NCBI GenBank assembly: GCA_013239625.1
Contig: MU053934.1
Coordinates: forward strand, 5,226,399 to 5,290,398
Reading direction: 5' to 3'
Length of the DNA: 64,000 nucleotides
DNA from: Lama guanicoe
Taxonomy: Eukaryota
Shown: positions 39,289 to 52,436 of the stretch, piece after piece
How positions within the stretch are numbered: position 1 is the first letter of the stretch
Layout: every line of letters starts with the position of its first letter
Position numbers and translations under genes: made by a program
The notes under the pieces: generated by a model
Told to the model about the DNA's origin: nothing
Seen by the model: the letters and a program-made list of their open reading frames with translations, nothing else
The model's database searches: none

Positions 39289-40343
39289 GTGGGTTTAATC
39301 AATTAAGTCTGTATTTACATCTGCCGAGCATCTAGAATCAGTAACTGCCTTGGCTTAGACACCTGACATCTTAATAATGCTACTTGGAACTTTAGTTTAC
39401 TTGAAAGTTTTAATATTTTAGAGTGGGAGAACGTTAAAGACCTACATTTGTTACCATAAAGTAGACATTAAATAACGTTATGGCTGATTTTATGAAAACA
39501 ACAGTAAATTATATTGAGAAAGGTAAGAGAGTTACCAACATTTAAACTCTTCTCATATTTCCTTATTTGTAGCATAATTAATCTCCATTTTCTAAGCAAG
39601 CTTATGGGATAACTTTTTAAAGCTTGCCAGAGTTTGCCCTGATGTTGTCCTTTTGGTCTACCTACAATACTGTCATTTAGTGTGTCTTTTGATAATTCCA
39701 TAAAGAAATCTTCCTTGAAGAGGGTCAGGTAGGCCTGCCTTGGTGCTTTGGGGGAGATAGTATTGCATGGCTTTGAGGAATTTGCTTGGGAAAAAAGAGA
39801 TGCTAAAAGAAAAAAAGACATAGGGCTGACAGCTGTCAACTGTCAAGTCTTCATTGGAGTGTTTGTCTGACAGGACTGTTGGGAATAGAGAGTGGTTGGA
39901 CCTCCCTGCCCTGCCCCCCTCTCCTGAAGCGTGCACCCCTCTGCCCTGGCCATTGTCTGAGCTTGCTTCCCCACCTCACCATCCTTTTAGCATCGCCTGA
40001 CTTGGGCTCGGCTCTGGCTTGGCAGGCTTACTTTGATGCCTTTGCAAAGTGCCTGGAAGAATCACTTTGCTTCCAGTTCTTCTTACCACTACCTGAAGCA
40101 CTTGGGAAGCAGGGTCTCACCATGAGGCAGGTGAGGGTCCCCGCTACGATACCAGGTTATTGAAGCCAAGTTTTGGGAAGTGGAAACTGTTACACAGTTC
40201 AGAGGGAACTCTAGATTTAGACCAGACTCGAGACATTCGAACACAAGCCAATGCAAAGGATAAGGGACACACAAGTTTCCCCAGCATCACTGGATATAGC
40301 AGTTCGCGTAATTCAGTTTTCTGAATTACTGAAATAGATCATT

Positions 40344-41269
40344 TGGAGCAGAAGACCAAATAGACATTTCTTCCAAAAAAAAAACATACAGATGGCCAAT
40401 AGGCTCATGAAAAGATGATGAACATCATTAATTATTAGAGAAATGCAAATCAGAACTACAGTGAGGTGTCACCTCACATCAGTCAAAATGGCCATCATTA
40501 AAAGTCTGCAAATAATGAATGCTAGAGAGAATGTGGAGAAAAGAGAACCCTCCTACACTGTTGGTGGGAATGTAGTTTGGTGCAACCACTAGAAACCGTA
40601 GGGAGATTCCTTAAAAAACTGAAAATTGAGTTACCATACAATCCAGCAATCCCACTCCTGGACATGCATCCAGGGAAAACTAATTCAACAAGATGCATGC
40701 ACCCCAGTATTCATAGCACCACTATATGAAATAGCCAAGACACGGAAGCATCCCAAGTGTCTATCGACAGATGACTGGATAAAGAAGATGTGGTGTATAT
40801 ACACAGTTGAATACTACTTTATTTACTATCCATAAAAAAGAATGAAATAATGCCATTTGCAGCAACATGGGTGGACCTTGAAGTTATCACACTAAGTGAA
40901 GTAAGTCAGGTAGACAAATATCGTGTAATATCACTTATATGTAGAATCTAAAAAAAAGTGATACAAATGAGTTTATTTACAAAACAGAAACCGACTCACA
41001 GACATAGAAAACAAACTTCTGGTTACCAAAGGGGAAAGGGGCTGGGGAGGGATAAGTTAGGAGTTTGAGGTTAGAAGATGCAAACTACTATATATAAAAT
41101 AGATAAGCAACATAGTCCTACTGTATAGCACAGGGAACTATATTCAATGTCTTATAATAAACTATAATAGAAAAGAATATGAAAAAGAATATATATATGT
41201 ATTTTGCTATACACCAGAAACCAGCACAACATTGTAAATCAACTGTACTTCTATTAAAAAAAAAAAAAA
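40344..41269 (+). mobile_element. Artiodactyl-type L1 3' fragment with poly(A) tail and TSD
   Basis: ORF2-like text [34 protein letters not shown], poly(A) at about 41256-41269, TSD gaaatagatcatt at 40331-40343 and 41270-41282. Confidence 0.92.
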
Positions 41270-44200
41270 GAAATAGATCATTCAGAAGTGCCAGCATAAA
41301 AAACAATAGTGAAAATATTTTCTGAATTGGATTGCATATGACCCTGCCACGTCAAACATGTGAAATGTAATTTATCTTTTCTTCAAGGCTTAATTGAAAG
41401 TCTTAATTAAAAATTACTGTTTGGTGTTATAATAGACTACTGCGCTCCTTAAAGTTTTGTCTGCTTTTAATTCTGTTTCTCTTTCTATTAATAGTGGTGT
41501 GCTCACCGTCACATCTTCATGCTGTCAGGGTACCTGCTTCTAATGTGTTGCTTCTAATCTGAGCTTGTTGGAATTCTCTAATGACAGTAAAGAGTTGGAA
41601 TAAAAATGTCAGATAATGACCCAGAGGCTTTTTTTTATACTTGCCTTTGTGTACACAGCCACATTCCACGTCACTGAGGTTATTATATGCAGGTCCACCA
41701 GCTGTAGGGTGTCAGGGTGTTGCCCCTGTACCTGCACACACTGACCTTCTACAGGAGTGATGGGAGGGTGACCCTCAGTGAAGGCTTTCCTTTCCTTTAG
41801 GGCATTCACATTCCATCTACTAAATCGGTACACAAATTGGGTTTTGCAGTCTATGGGAATACATGGTTGATGAGCTGGACACTGGGGAGCTTAAGCAAAG
41901 ACTAGTAATAAGAAGATGCTAAATGGGGTGATTATTTTAGGCAACATACAGTCCATCTTCATTCTCCACATAGATGTTCTTTAACCTGGAATGTCAGTAC
42001 TAGAAGTGATTAATAAAATGTGCATTTGTAAAGTTTTGCTGTGGATCCCACTAATAGCAAAATTATTTAAAATAAAAGGTGGTGTTTATTCAAGAGTAAA
42101 TTGGCATTATTTATGCAGAGAATTTCATTCATACAGCTGGACAGTCTCCCTTGTACTTGCATCTGCGTTAGGAACTGGTTAAGGAGTTACGGCAAAGAGG
42201 AAAATCACCGTAAATGAAATTTCAAATGGTTAATAATAAACAATAAAAATTCAATCATTTTTGTTCAAAAATGTTCTAAATTAGCTGATACAGGATCTAG
42301 GCTGACACATGGCCTTTGATATTTTTTTTTTATCATAGTGAACCATTGTGTGATTTCAGAATTAGATTCTGATTTAGCAGTTTTAAGAAGAGAGCACAAA
42401 GCTCACCATGTGACTGTCTTAGTGGTTTCCAACCTCACTGTAGAGACAACCCCTTAACCAGGAGGCAGAAAATGTGCTATGATGCAAAGAACTGTCGAGA
42501 ATGTGCCAGAGGTTCTGTTATGGGGTCATTCATTCAGTCAGCAAACATGTGTAGTGCCTCTTCTTAGTGCTTCCACATCTTTCTCACAACCTATCCCGTT
42601 GCTTTATAATCATCTCTTCGTGTTCGTCTTCCCCATTGGACTGGCTCTGAGTTTCTCAAGGTTTTATTCATATTTGTGTTTCCAGTAACTTGGACAGTGC
42701 CTGGTGCCAAAGCGTTACTCAGAAAACGTTTGTTTAATAAGTGAATGGTCAGGAGTGAGTGCTGACAATGTAATTTTCTTTCTTAAAGATTTGACTTTTA
42801 TTTAAAGCTACTTTAAATTATTCCTGCATAGAAATTAAGCATAAGCTTCTTTTCCATTGTGCTTGGTGATTATGGCCATTTTCTCTTCCTCAAGCCATCA
42901 CTGAGTAAACTGTGTTGGATTTCCACTCATGAGAGAGGTGTCAAAGAAGGATTTCATTGACATTCATTAGGCTGATGCTGCTATAGGATCATTGTTAGTG
43001 TTGGCAGAGCACATGCTCTTTACCGTCGGGGGCAGCTCCCTTACCAGAACCGACATTCTAAGACACGTTTGACTTTAGTTGAATTTGTTGCTTACAGCTG
43101 GGGAAGGCACTGACTTCCTGTATAACTGATCTTCCAAGTGGCATTCTAAGAAATATTTACAGTGGTAGAAACCTTAAATTGTCTTAAGGAATTGGTATGC
43201 AGACACAAATCAACTCATTCTTGGATAAGTGGGCTTATAGAAAAATTATACAGTAGAATTGAGCTTTGTAACAGTTAGTACTGGGGAACACATTCATTTT
43301 AAGAGGCTGCCTACCACAAATTCAGTACAGCAGAATTAGCTTGTCTTTGAATGCAAGAATGTAAGAGACACTATAGGAGGTCATACAAGTAGATGGTTGA
43401 ACTCAGTGGTGTGCTGGAATCCATTGTGCTGTGGGCTGGCTAGCCACAGGACCTGCCTTCCAAAGATGAGTGTGTTTTCATGAACACCCATAGCAGTAAC
43501 TCAGTATGATTACCAGTCACAAATAATCAAACCCGTCTTTTCTATATGAATTCTTTTTATTACAAGAATTGGAGAACCAATATAAAAATGTTTTTTTGGA
43601 AGCTTAACTAATAGTTGGGCAAAGGGGGTCAAAATAACCCATGATCTCAATAATGTGATATAACCCCTGTTGGAATTCTGGTGCATTGCCTTTGGAATGT
43701 TTTTCTTGTTCATGACCTTTTGTGGTTATGTTTTAATGTTACAGGGCATGTATAATTAGGCGCCCTCGTCTATTTTCCTCTCTTAAGAGCAGAAGCAGTT
43801 TTCCATGTGGCTCCTAATCATCATTTCCACTCTCTCCCCAAACCCGTTATTATATTCAGCATGTCCAATCTTTTAGGTTAATCACTTCCAGAGATGTATT
43901 AGTTACTGTATAAAGAAATACCTTCAACAAAGCAATCTTTATTTGTTCAAAATTTACATATTTCAGTCTTACTGCTGTATTTCATGCTATTTTACATAAA
44001 CTTTGATAGTGATAGCAAACAGTTCTCAAGCATTAGTATGAGATATCTGATTTAATCCTTATAATAATCCTTTGCAGGGAGATACTGTTATTATCTCCAT
44101 TCAACAGATAAATAGAAAACTGAGATCGCATATCCAGGAAGTGGCATGGCTTGGTTTTGAATCCTTTTCTCCTACTGTGACCCCTGATGCCTCTGGGCTT

Positions 44201-44343
44201 GGACCTTTAAACTCTTGCTTTCTAGATTTGCAGTCAAGTGTTTGAGTCCATACCCATTGGAGATTCTGTTTCTCTCTATGGTTAATTTTGCATCTGGGCC
44301 ACATCCATTTGCTTTTCTCGTTCTAGCAGTCAAAATGGGAAAT

Positions 44344-44478
44344 GGGGGGTGGGAGGACTCAGTGGTAGAGTGCATGACTAGCATGCGTGAGTTCCTGGGT
44401 TCAATCCCCAGTACCTCTACTAATAAACAAACAAACAAACAAACCTAATTATCCTCCCCCAAATGTTTAAAAAAAAAA
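44344..44478 (+). mobile_element. tRNA-derived SINE (Vic-1-like)
   Basis: ctcagtggtagagtgcatgactagcatgcgtgagttcctgggttcaatccccagtacctc...(aaac)n cctaattatcctcccc and an A tail. Confidence 0.85.
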
Positions 44479-44778
44479 CCCACTCTCTTAAAAAAGGGAA
44501 ACAGCATTCCCAGTATAAGGACTTTATCATTTAATGAAGGTGGAATGCTTCTTGTCATAATTTTTAGAATTCTTCATAATGATGTTCATGTAACTTATAG
44601 CTGGACATATGCCCATTGTCTTTAGAAGGATGTCTGAACGGACTTTTTCTGAATTTTAACTATACCTTTGTATCTGACTGCTTGGATTATGCTTATCAGA
44701 ATTAAAGTAGTCTTACAATAACAGTACTGACTTAGAAAGCAAGTCTCATTTACTTATGCCTGTTAATTTATTTTACAG

Positions 44779-44800
44779 GTCACGGAACAAAAAACCAAAG
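44779..44800 (+). CDS. TNRC6B: TNRC6B 22-nt coding microexon, VTEQKTK plus first base of V
   Basis: ttttacag|GTCACGGAACAAAAAACCAAAG|gtaaga. It bridges the phase-0 end of the previous exon to the phase-1 start of the next, giving ATQKVTEQKTKVPEVTKP. Confidence 0.95.
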
Positions 44801-47800
44801 GTAAGACTTTTTTTTCCTTTTGAGATTTATACTCTTGCGTTTAGATTTTACACTCTTGCTGTCTCAGCCTCCAGTCCACTTGATAGGTGGGAGTGGGTGT
44901 AGAGTAATTAGAGTTGTTTATTTGCAACCACTGAAGAGCAGTAACGACAAATTAAAAGTACTTATACTAGTGTTTCTAGTTGGCCTTACTTTTTTTTTTT
45001 TTAAGAGGAAAAGAGATTAGACAGAGTAATATCTTGTTTTGAGAGTAAAGAGGTCATGATTTTGAACTGAATCTTTTCAGGATTTTTCTTAGAACAATAA
45101 CAAAAACAGAACACTAGTTCCTATTTTACAGATGGGAACTGCAGAGGATTGTTGACCACCTTGACCTGTAACAGGCATTGAGTCTGAAAATGAGTGTTAC
45201 ATTTAGGACAGTCACCCCATCTTCTGAGCTCTAGAGCCTGGAATATGCTTTTCAAAAAGATAATGCACTTTAACTCTTACAAAGTAGTGCTGTGTTGTAA
45301 ACAGAAGCAGGTGTCCCAGAGGTCATTCCCAACCGCTAGTGGTCTGTGTGCTTTCAGTTCTTTCTCTTTTGTTAATTTTGATTATGCAGTCTTGTCTGGT
45401 GATGATCACACTTTGGTCAGTTCCCCTTTAGGATAGGAGACTTACTTCCTTGGGTTTCTAGCTCCTTTTCCTGCCCACTTAAATATGTTGTCCTCAGCTA
45501 GCATAGGCACTAGAATCATATGCATAGACTTGTCAAAACACACAAGCCCAGTTCTCCTCCCAAACCTTTGCGGTCCCAGGCCACAGCCCTGGCAGATTTA
45601 TTTAGGCAAGCTCTGCAGGTGACCACAGTGTATGGCCCAGGTGGAGAACCACCACCCCAGATGAAGGGAGTCCAGTGTGACTGCAATAAGTTGGGGGAAG
45701 ATGAGGGTCATGGAGAGACCAGAGAGACCAAAGTTTGATGAGAGGTTCTCAAAGAACTGGTTTCTTCATTGTTTTGTTGGACCACCAGGTCAAAGCATGT
45801 CACATGGTGGTGGAGGACTAATAAAGACAGTACTAGTTTCTTAGGAAACTTAGTTATGGAAAACAAATTCTCAGATGAGTAGACATTAGTATATTTCTAA
45901 CCAAAAGGCATTTCAAGGGAGAATATAGTCTGGGACTTTGTAGTGATTTATAAAATAAACTGAGAGAAATTATTGTTAGTTATAATTATTTTAATTAGTT
46001 AGAATAATGTCCTCCCCTTGCACTGTCAGCCAGTTCTTAACCCAGAAGTAGACATTATTTTGGAAGTACATTTGTAAATTATTTGTTTGAAATATAAATT
46101 ATACTTTATTGATAGTGGTATAGTGTCCATATTTTCTAAACCAACATACTGTCTAGGAAAGGATTTTGGCACATAAGTATATTTATAGGACTTTCTGATT
46201 ATTTATGAGGACAACAGATGAGAAAATTGGCATTTTCCTGAAAAATCCAGACTCTGTGGTTGCTGGAACATGGTGATTGGGTTCCTAGGCCTGGCCACAA
46301 TTCTTAGTGCTCATGAAGCCAAATGCCAGTTGAGCTATGGAAACAAACTGCTCTGTATGTTAAGTGATGTTTCTATTGGAAAACTGAAAACCTGTTAGGT
46401 TTTTCTTTCTTTCTTTTTTTATTTGTACAAGGTCTGTTCTCAGAATCACATTCCTCTTTCCTCTGCCAAAGTCTAAAAAATTAAACTATTTTTTACTTAC
46501 TATCAAAGTTTCCCTCCATTTAGGGTCCTTCTCATACCTACCAAAAAATGGAATACAGTTTCCCTACCTCCCCATCCCACCCTCCCTTCAAAAATCAAAG
46601 TAAAATAATCCTGAAGTCAACTGAGAGCCTGTTTTGTATCTCATAAGGGATTTAATTGATAGAACAGAGAGTAAAAATAAAAATTATCCCTGAGATGTGT
46701 TAGACCATAAATAGAGGGAGGTCCTGATTTTTCTACTTTTTTAAAAATCCCGTTTTACAGCCACATCTTAATCTTTGTTCCCAAGAGCCTGCCTGGGTAC
46801 CTAGCCCAGTCTTGTCTTTCCTCAGCTGATGTTTCTGGGTACTGTTCCTCTTCCCAAGACAGTGCCTTCCCCCAGGCAGTCTTCCCTTAACTCTGAATCT
46901 ACCACTCTTTCCCCAGCAGACTCTATGAGAAAAAAAAGACTGTTGATACCAAGTCTCTGGTTGTACAGAGGACTGAAGTAAGATTTGTCCATATTTCAGA
47001 TAAAAGGTAGATTCAGTGTATGTTCTTTATCTTCCATCATTTTTTTTTTAACAGGTGAGAATTTTGGAGAGATTAGGGCAGGGATTTCAAGTGGAGGTTG
47101 TATAAAGACATGGGCTGGAGGTGGGCCTGCTGCTTAGGTAACAAATACTAAAAGGCACTTAATGGAGAAGCTGGTCTCCATTGGATATTGGTCTTGGAAT
47201 TAGAAACATTTGTTGGATTGATCCCAGATTTAACAGGGCTGAAGGATAAGATTAGGATTAGAAAGATAGACTATGTGATGGAAGAGTCTGGATAGAACCA
47301 TTTAACATTGTTAAAAAAGATGTTAGGTGGCAGTTGGCTTAATGGAAGTTACCAGTATAAAATGACTGGTTTATGGAAACTAATATGACCTTAAGCTACA
47401 TTACTAGAAACACAATGTCTGGGCAGGAATTTGCAGTTCCTGTAATGGGTACCACTCTAGGAAAAGGAACAGAGATCAGCCTCTGTGGGGCATGTGGAGT
47501 TTGGGCCAGTTTGGTCAAGGAATTTGAACCTGTCACCTCTGAGAGGGTTAAATACTGAGGGGGTGTTTAACCCCCAACTAAAGGCTCTCCACGTGAAGAA
47601 GCTTAGGTAACTATCTTCAGAGATTTGAAGGCCCTGGTCCTGACACTTAGCACTTCCTTGGTAAATGTCTGTTGGTGAGTCAAAGCAACAGGACAAAGCT
47701 TCCAGCTCAGTGTAAGTTAAAATTTTTGGATATTGCTGTCCAGTAATTCATGGCCTTTACCAGACTGGGACGCAACAGAGAAACAACCCTTCCCATCAGC

Positions 47801-48532
47801 ATACCTGGGGTGATGGACTGCTGTAGTGCACAGCCCAGAAGGCATATTAACAGTGCATGCATCGTGGTGGTTGGAATAATTTTGGATCTACTCTAATTTA
47901 TTAATATTTTGAGGCGGGCCAAGTAAATAATTTATAGACTAACCTACTTGCAGTATCCCTCAAACCTTGTAGAAGCACTTGTGTGTTCTAACACTGTGGT
48001 GGGAGCCATTTGTTCAAGTATGGAACTTGCTGCCCCCTAAGAGTGAATGAATGTGAGGTGACGTGTAGCCCAGATAGCTGGGCACAAAATCATCTGAACG
48101 GGAAATAGCGAGGAATTGAACCCAGTTAGGAGCAGTGGTGCTAAAGAGGAAGGAGTGAATTAGACAGATGCTCGGGATAATGGTGTGTGGGGGGAAGGGT
48201 GAAGTCTAAGACACCTGTCAGGTTTCCGACTTGAGCAGCAGGTTGGGTGATGCCTCCATTCCTTGAGCTAGGAGACAGTACATCGGGGCGCAGGGGAACA
48301 GGTTTGAAGGTGAAGGCGAGGGTGGTAGAGATCCAAATTGGAGACAGTGATTTGGGAAACATTTGCACTTAAGTGATAGTTAAAGCCTGAACTTGGGAGA
48401 GTTTTATTCAAGTAACTTAAATGTGAGAAGGGTTTACGCCCCACTTTCACTTTCAGATTTCTAAAAAAAGACACAACTCATGGCCAAATTCAGCTACCAT
48501 TTTGCAACTCCAGTTAAGGAGATGGTCAGAAG

Positions 48533-48857
48533 CAGGGGTTGCCAACTGTGACCCTGCAGTCAAATCTGACTCTTTTTTACTTCCCATGAGCTAAGGATGT
48601 TTTTATATTGTTGAATGATGGGAAAAAAATAAAAGAACAGTATTTTATGACAATGAAAATGATAAGAAATTCATATCTCGGTGTCGTCAATAACGTTCTG
48701 TGGGAACAAACACAGCCACAATCATTCATTTATGCGTTGTCCGTGGCTGCTTTCTCCTGCAAGCGCGCTGTTGAGTCCTTACAGCAGACTGTGTGGCGGG
48801 CAAAGCCTAAAATATTTGCTATCTAGCCCTCTGCAGAACAACGTTTGCTGACCCCTG
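48533..48857 (+). mobile_element. MER58B-like hAT MITE inserted in an antisense L2
   Basis: Terminal inverted repeats caggggttgccaac and gtttgctgacccctg, with internal gcaaagcctaaaatatttgctatct. Confidence 0.85.
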
Positions 48858-51800
48858 ATCAAGAGTAGAGAAGCCCCCAGAAGAAGGGAGAAAGGAAGAA
48901 CCGAAGAGCTCTCTTGGTGGGTCTCTCAAAACCAGAGGGGCGGGGTGGCCGGTAGTGTCAGGAGCTGCAGGAAAGTCAGAGAAGAAAAGGTCCAGCAAGT
49001 GCCCATTAGACTGGCAACGAAATCACTAGTGATTTAGTGAGGAGAGAAGCTTCAGGGAGATGTTCCAGGCAAAGGCCAGGGTGCGTGGAGTGTGAAGAGT
49101 GAACGGAAGGTAAAGAAATGGAGCTGAGCTTAGAGGTTACTGAGCAGTGTTGACTGTACGTGGGCCTCTCTGTGCCGTCAGTCTTTGAGATTCTTTTGTA
49201 CTGCGCTGTAGCTGAATATTACACCAAGAAACTTGTCAGTCTAAAATAAGGTCTTTTATAGGGCCTGTTTGTGTTTTAACTACTACTTTTAAAGACATTT
49301 CTAGAAGGGTTTTTCTTTTTTAAATATTTGATACCATCAAGGTGTTTAAGGAATATAGTAGTTTGTATTAGTCATGCCTATATCAGAATTTTCTTAAAGA
49401 CTACTTTTATCTGAAAAAGCATCTTACTGAAGTTTTTTTGGAAATAGAGGCAATAGAAGCTCAGACTGTAAGGTGAGAATGGTATAAAATAATGACAACA
49501 GGGAAGGGGAAAAGATGCATTTATTAGAGTAAGTAAATGGGTTTTGGTTGTAAATGAATGGGCATTAGAAAATTGGATACCCAGCATTTTTCACAATGTC
49601 TTTATTTCTCTTTGATGCAGAGTTCATCTTTAAGCCACAGGCTTTTTTCTGGAAAATAAAAAACTCTGACCTTATTTTGAGCAGCTCATCTTAAGAAATA
49701 TTTGTACCACAAGCTACAAATCATTAAGCTTCAGAAGGGAAAACAGAGGGTCTGAAAAGTAATTCAGACTTAATTATAATTTCTCTCTCCTTTGTTACCG
49801 TCCAACGTTCTAGAGCATGGCATGATACATACACTGATTCCCATGTCTTAAGTTGAACTTCGGGAAGCAGATTGAATTGGGCATCCTGCCTGACAGCTGC
49901 CTTGCTCTCCAGTTAGTGTCTAGATTTGCGATTGCCTTTTAAATGCTTACAATTATTGAATTTACAGACAGGTGTTAAAAAAAAATGGAGAAAGAATTCA
50001 TTCAACTCCTGAAGCAGTTTACTCATAACACGTACTGCATGGCGGCTTTTTCTGACTGTGTCCTAGAGCTTTGAATGAATAGTGACCCAGGCTAGAGCAC
50101 TGAGTTGCGAGGAGAGTGGTTAAGAGGTGGTCCCGTGTTATAATGACTTTATTATTTATGATCCATTCTCCCTCTGATGTGATGGTGGGAAAATGCCTCG
50201 AGGAGCTTTTGCAGAATTTTGCACCATATATGATACTCACCAGATTTCTTTGTGCTATGAATGTTGTAAAGTTAGTCAAACTGATGTTCAGATCTCAACC
50301 CTGAAGAGATAAGGGTGTTCTTACCGTGTCTTATTCTGTTTTAGGGAAATCAGTCAAGGCATGTAACAAACCTGGTTAACTTGCATGAAGATTCTAGCTC
50401 TTTTACAGAAGGGCAGTCTCACAGAAGCATAGTTCTCTTTATCTTAAAAACTAGTTGGAAGACTCCTCCCAGACTTTGTTGGCTTCATAATAAGAGGAAA
50501 GGGGATTGGGAATGCCATGTGCTGTGGAATGGTCCAGGCACAGATAGAAAACGAATCTTTAAAGAATTCATCTTTAGTCATTCATTTATCAGTTACTTAT
50601 CCATTGGCTATTGTAGGTCATGCCAGAGGTACTATATCAATAATGTTAGACAATGACCAATTTATTTTAAAATATATGTTTATTCTGCTCATCAGACTGT
50701 GGATCCTCTGACCTCCCTTCCTTTCTGGGAGGCCCAGTCCTAACTCATGATTGGCTAAGGTTAGACCCAGGGGTTACCTTGAAGTTACTTCAGGCTCCTG
50801 CTCTTTTTTCCTGTTACTCTCAGTACTCACCAGTGTCCATAGATTGGGCCCCTGATTTCTGATGACGTATCTCTCTCCTCAGTTCAGCAAGCAACCTGCT
50901 GGCCCAGCATCATGTCAGCATTAAGAGCGGTACTGCGACCAGAGCTGGCCTACACACTACTCTGGGTGTCAGGGACTTTGGCCTCAGAATCATCTGAATT
51001 ACTAGGTTCAGTGATAGTTCCTGTAATACTGCCAGCCTCTATTTGCCAGGTAGATTTGTTTGGAAAGGGTGGCAGTCTTTTGGTAGGATGAAGCAAAGGA
51101 GGTACCAACCCAGAAGAACATTCTCTGTAGGGTCGAGGGGAAAGTCAAAGGGCACTTTAACCGTGGGTGTGGGTCTCACATGTTCCCATACTTCCTGTTT
51201 GCCACTTTTAAAGTAAGGTAAAATATCAGTTATTTAAGTAAATAGAGACAGTGTCTACATTTTGAAATTTTTATTTCAAATGAAGAGTTGGAAAAAATAC
51301 AAGGTACACTTGAAAACAAATCTTTTTGGACAAAAGAAAAAAGATTTATAGCATTTCTGATATTTACACAGAGTGCCAAGCAAGAGTCTTTGAGCTCAGG
51401 TGGCTGTAGAAACCAAAACCAAGTTGTTTTTGTGATTCTCTAGGCCTGGGATTCCCTGTAGGGGTGTACTATGTGCCAGGCACTAAGAAAAAAAAGATGA
51501 AAGATAAGTTCCTGCCATTGTAGGACTTATGGCCTGGTGGGGAGAAGGGGTCTGTAAGTGGAGAATTGCAATATAACTTGGTTAATTCAGTGGTAGAGAT
51601 GGACAGCATGGTCCAGGAGCACAACTGAGGGGTGCTTAGCATACCTAGTCCAGGGACTTCAGGAAAAGTTTCTCAGAGGTAGATCTTTAAGAATGTGGAT
51701 GAAGGGGAAGGGCCCTTGGGCTGAGAGCCTTGACTCTTTACTAGGGATCTTGCCTGGGGTCCGTAGACATCCTTAGACCTGCTAGGTAGCCCTTCAGGGG

Positions 51801-52094
51801 GGTCCACCATTGATTTAGGGGAGTGAATGATGGTTGATTCCCTCTCCTCCTTAGTTAATGGAATATAATTCCACGATATAGCAGTCTTTGAATCCTTGTC
51901 ACCATCACTCCTTGCCCCTTCCCTGCCTTCAATAAACTGAAGATGGTGGGGAATCTGGAAAGACCGTGTCCCTTCAGGATAAGAGGAAACAGGAATTGTC
52001 TTAATGGATTTGGTCTCATGTAAGTTTTCTTAAAAATAATCTTTAGAAAAATGCATTTGATTTTAAAGGCTCTTTCCCCATCTCTCTCTTTCAG

Positions 52095-52436
52095 TGCCCG
52101 AAGTGACGAAACCAAGTTTAAGCCAACCAACGGCTGCCAGCCCAATTGGCAGCTCTCCATCGCCACCAGTCAATGGTGGCAACAATGCCAAAAGGGTGGC
52201 AGTGCCGAACGGACAACCGCCAAGCGCCGCCCGCTACATGCCTCGGGAGGTGCCGCCGCGATTCCGTTGCCAGCAGGACCACAAAGTGTTACTAAAACGT
52301 GGGCAGCCCCCTCCACCGTCCTGCATGCTCCTCGGGGGTGGGGCAGGGCCTCCTCCCTCCACAGCACCTGGAGCAAACCCAAACAACGCACAAGTGACAG
52401 GAACGCTGCTGCAGAGTGAGAGTGGGACTGCACCAG
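52095..52436 (+). CDS. TNRC6B: TNRC6B coding exon, 342 nt, (V)[10 protein letters not shown]...[23 protein letters not shown]...SESGTAP
   Basis: Pyrimidine tract tctctctctttcag| and donor CAG|gtgagc. Same frame as ORF 52094..52456. Contains the TNRC6 N-terminal motif REVPPRFR. Confidence 0.96.
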
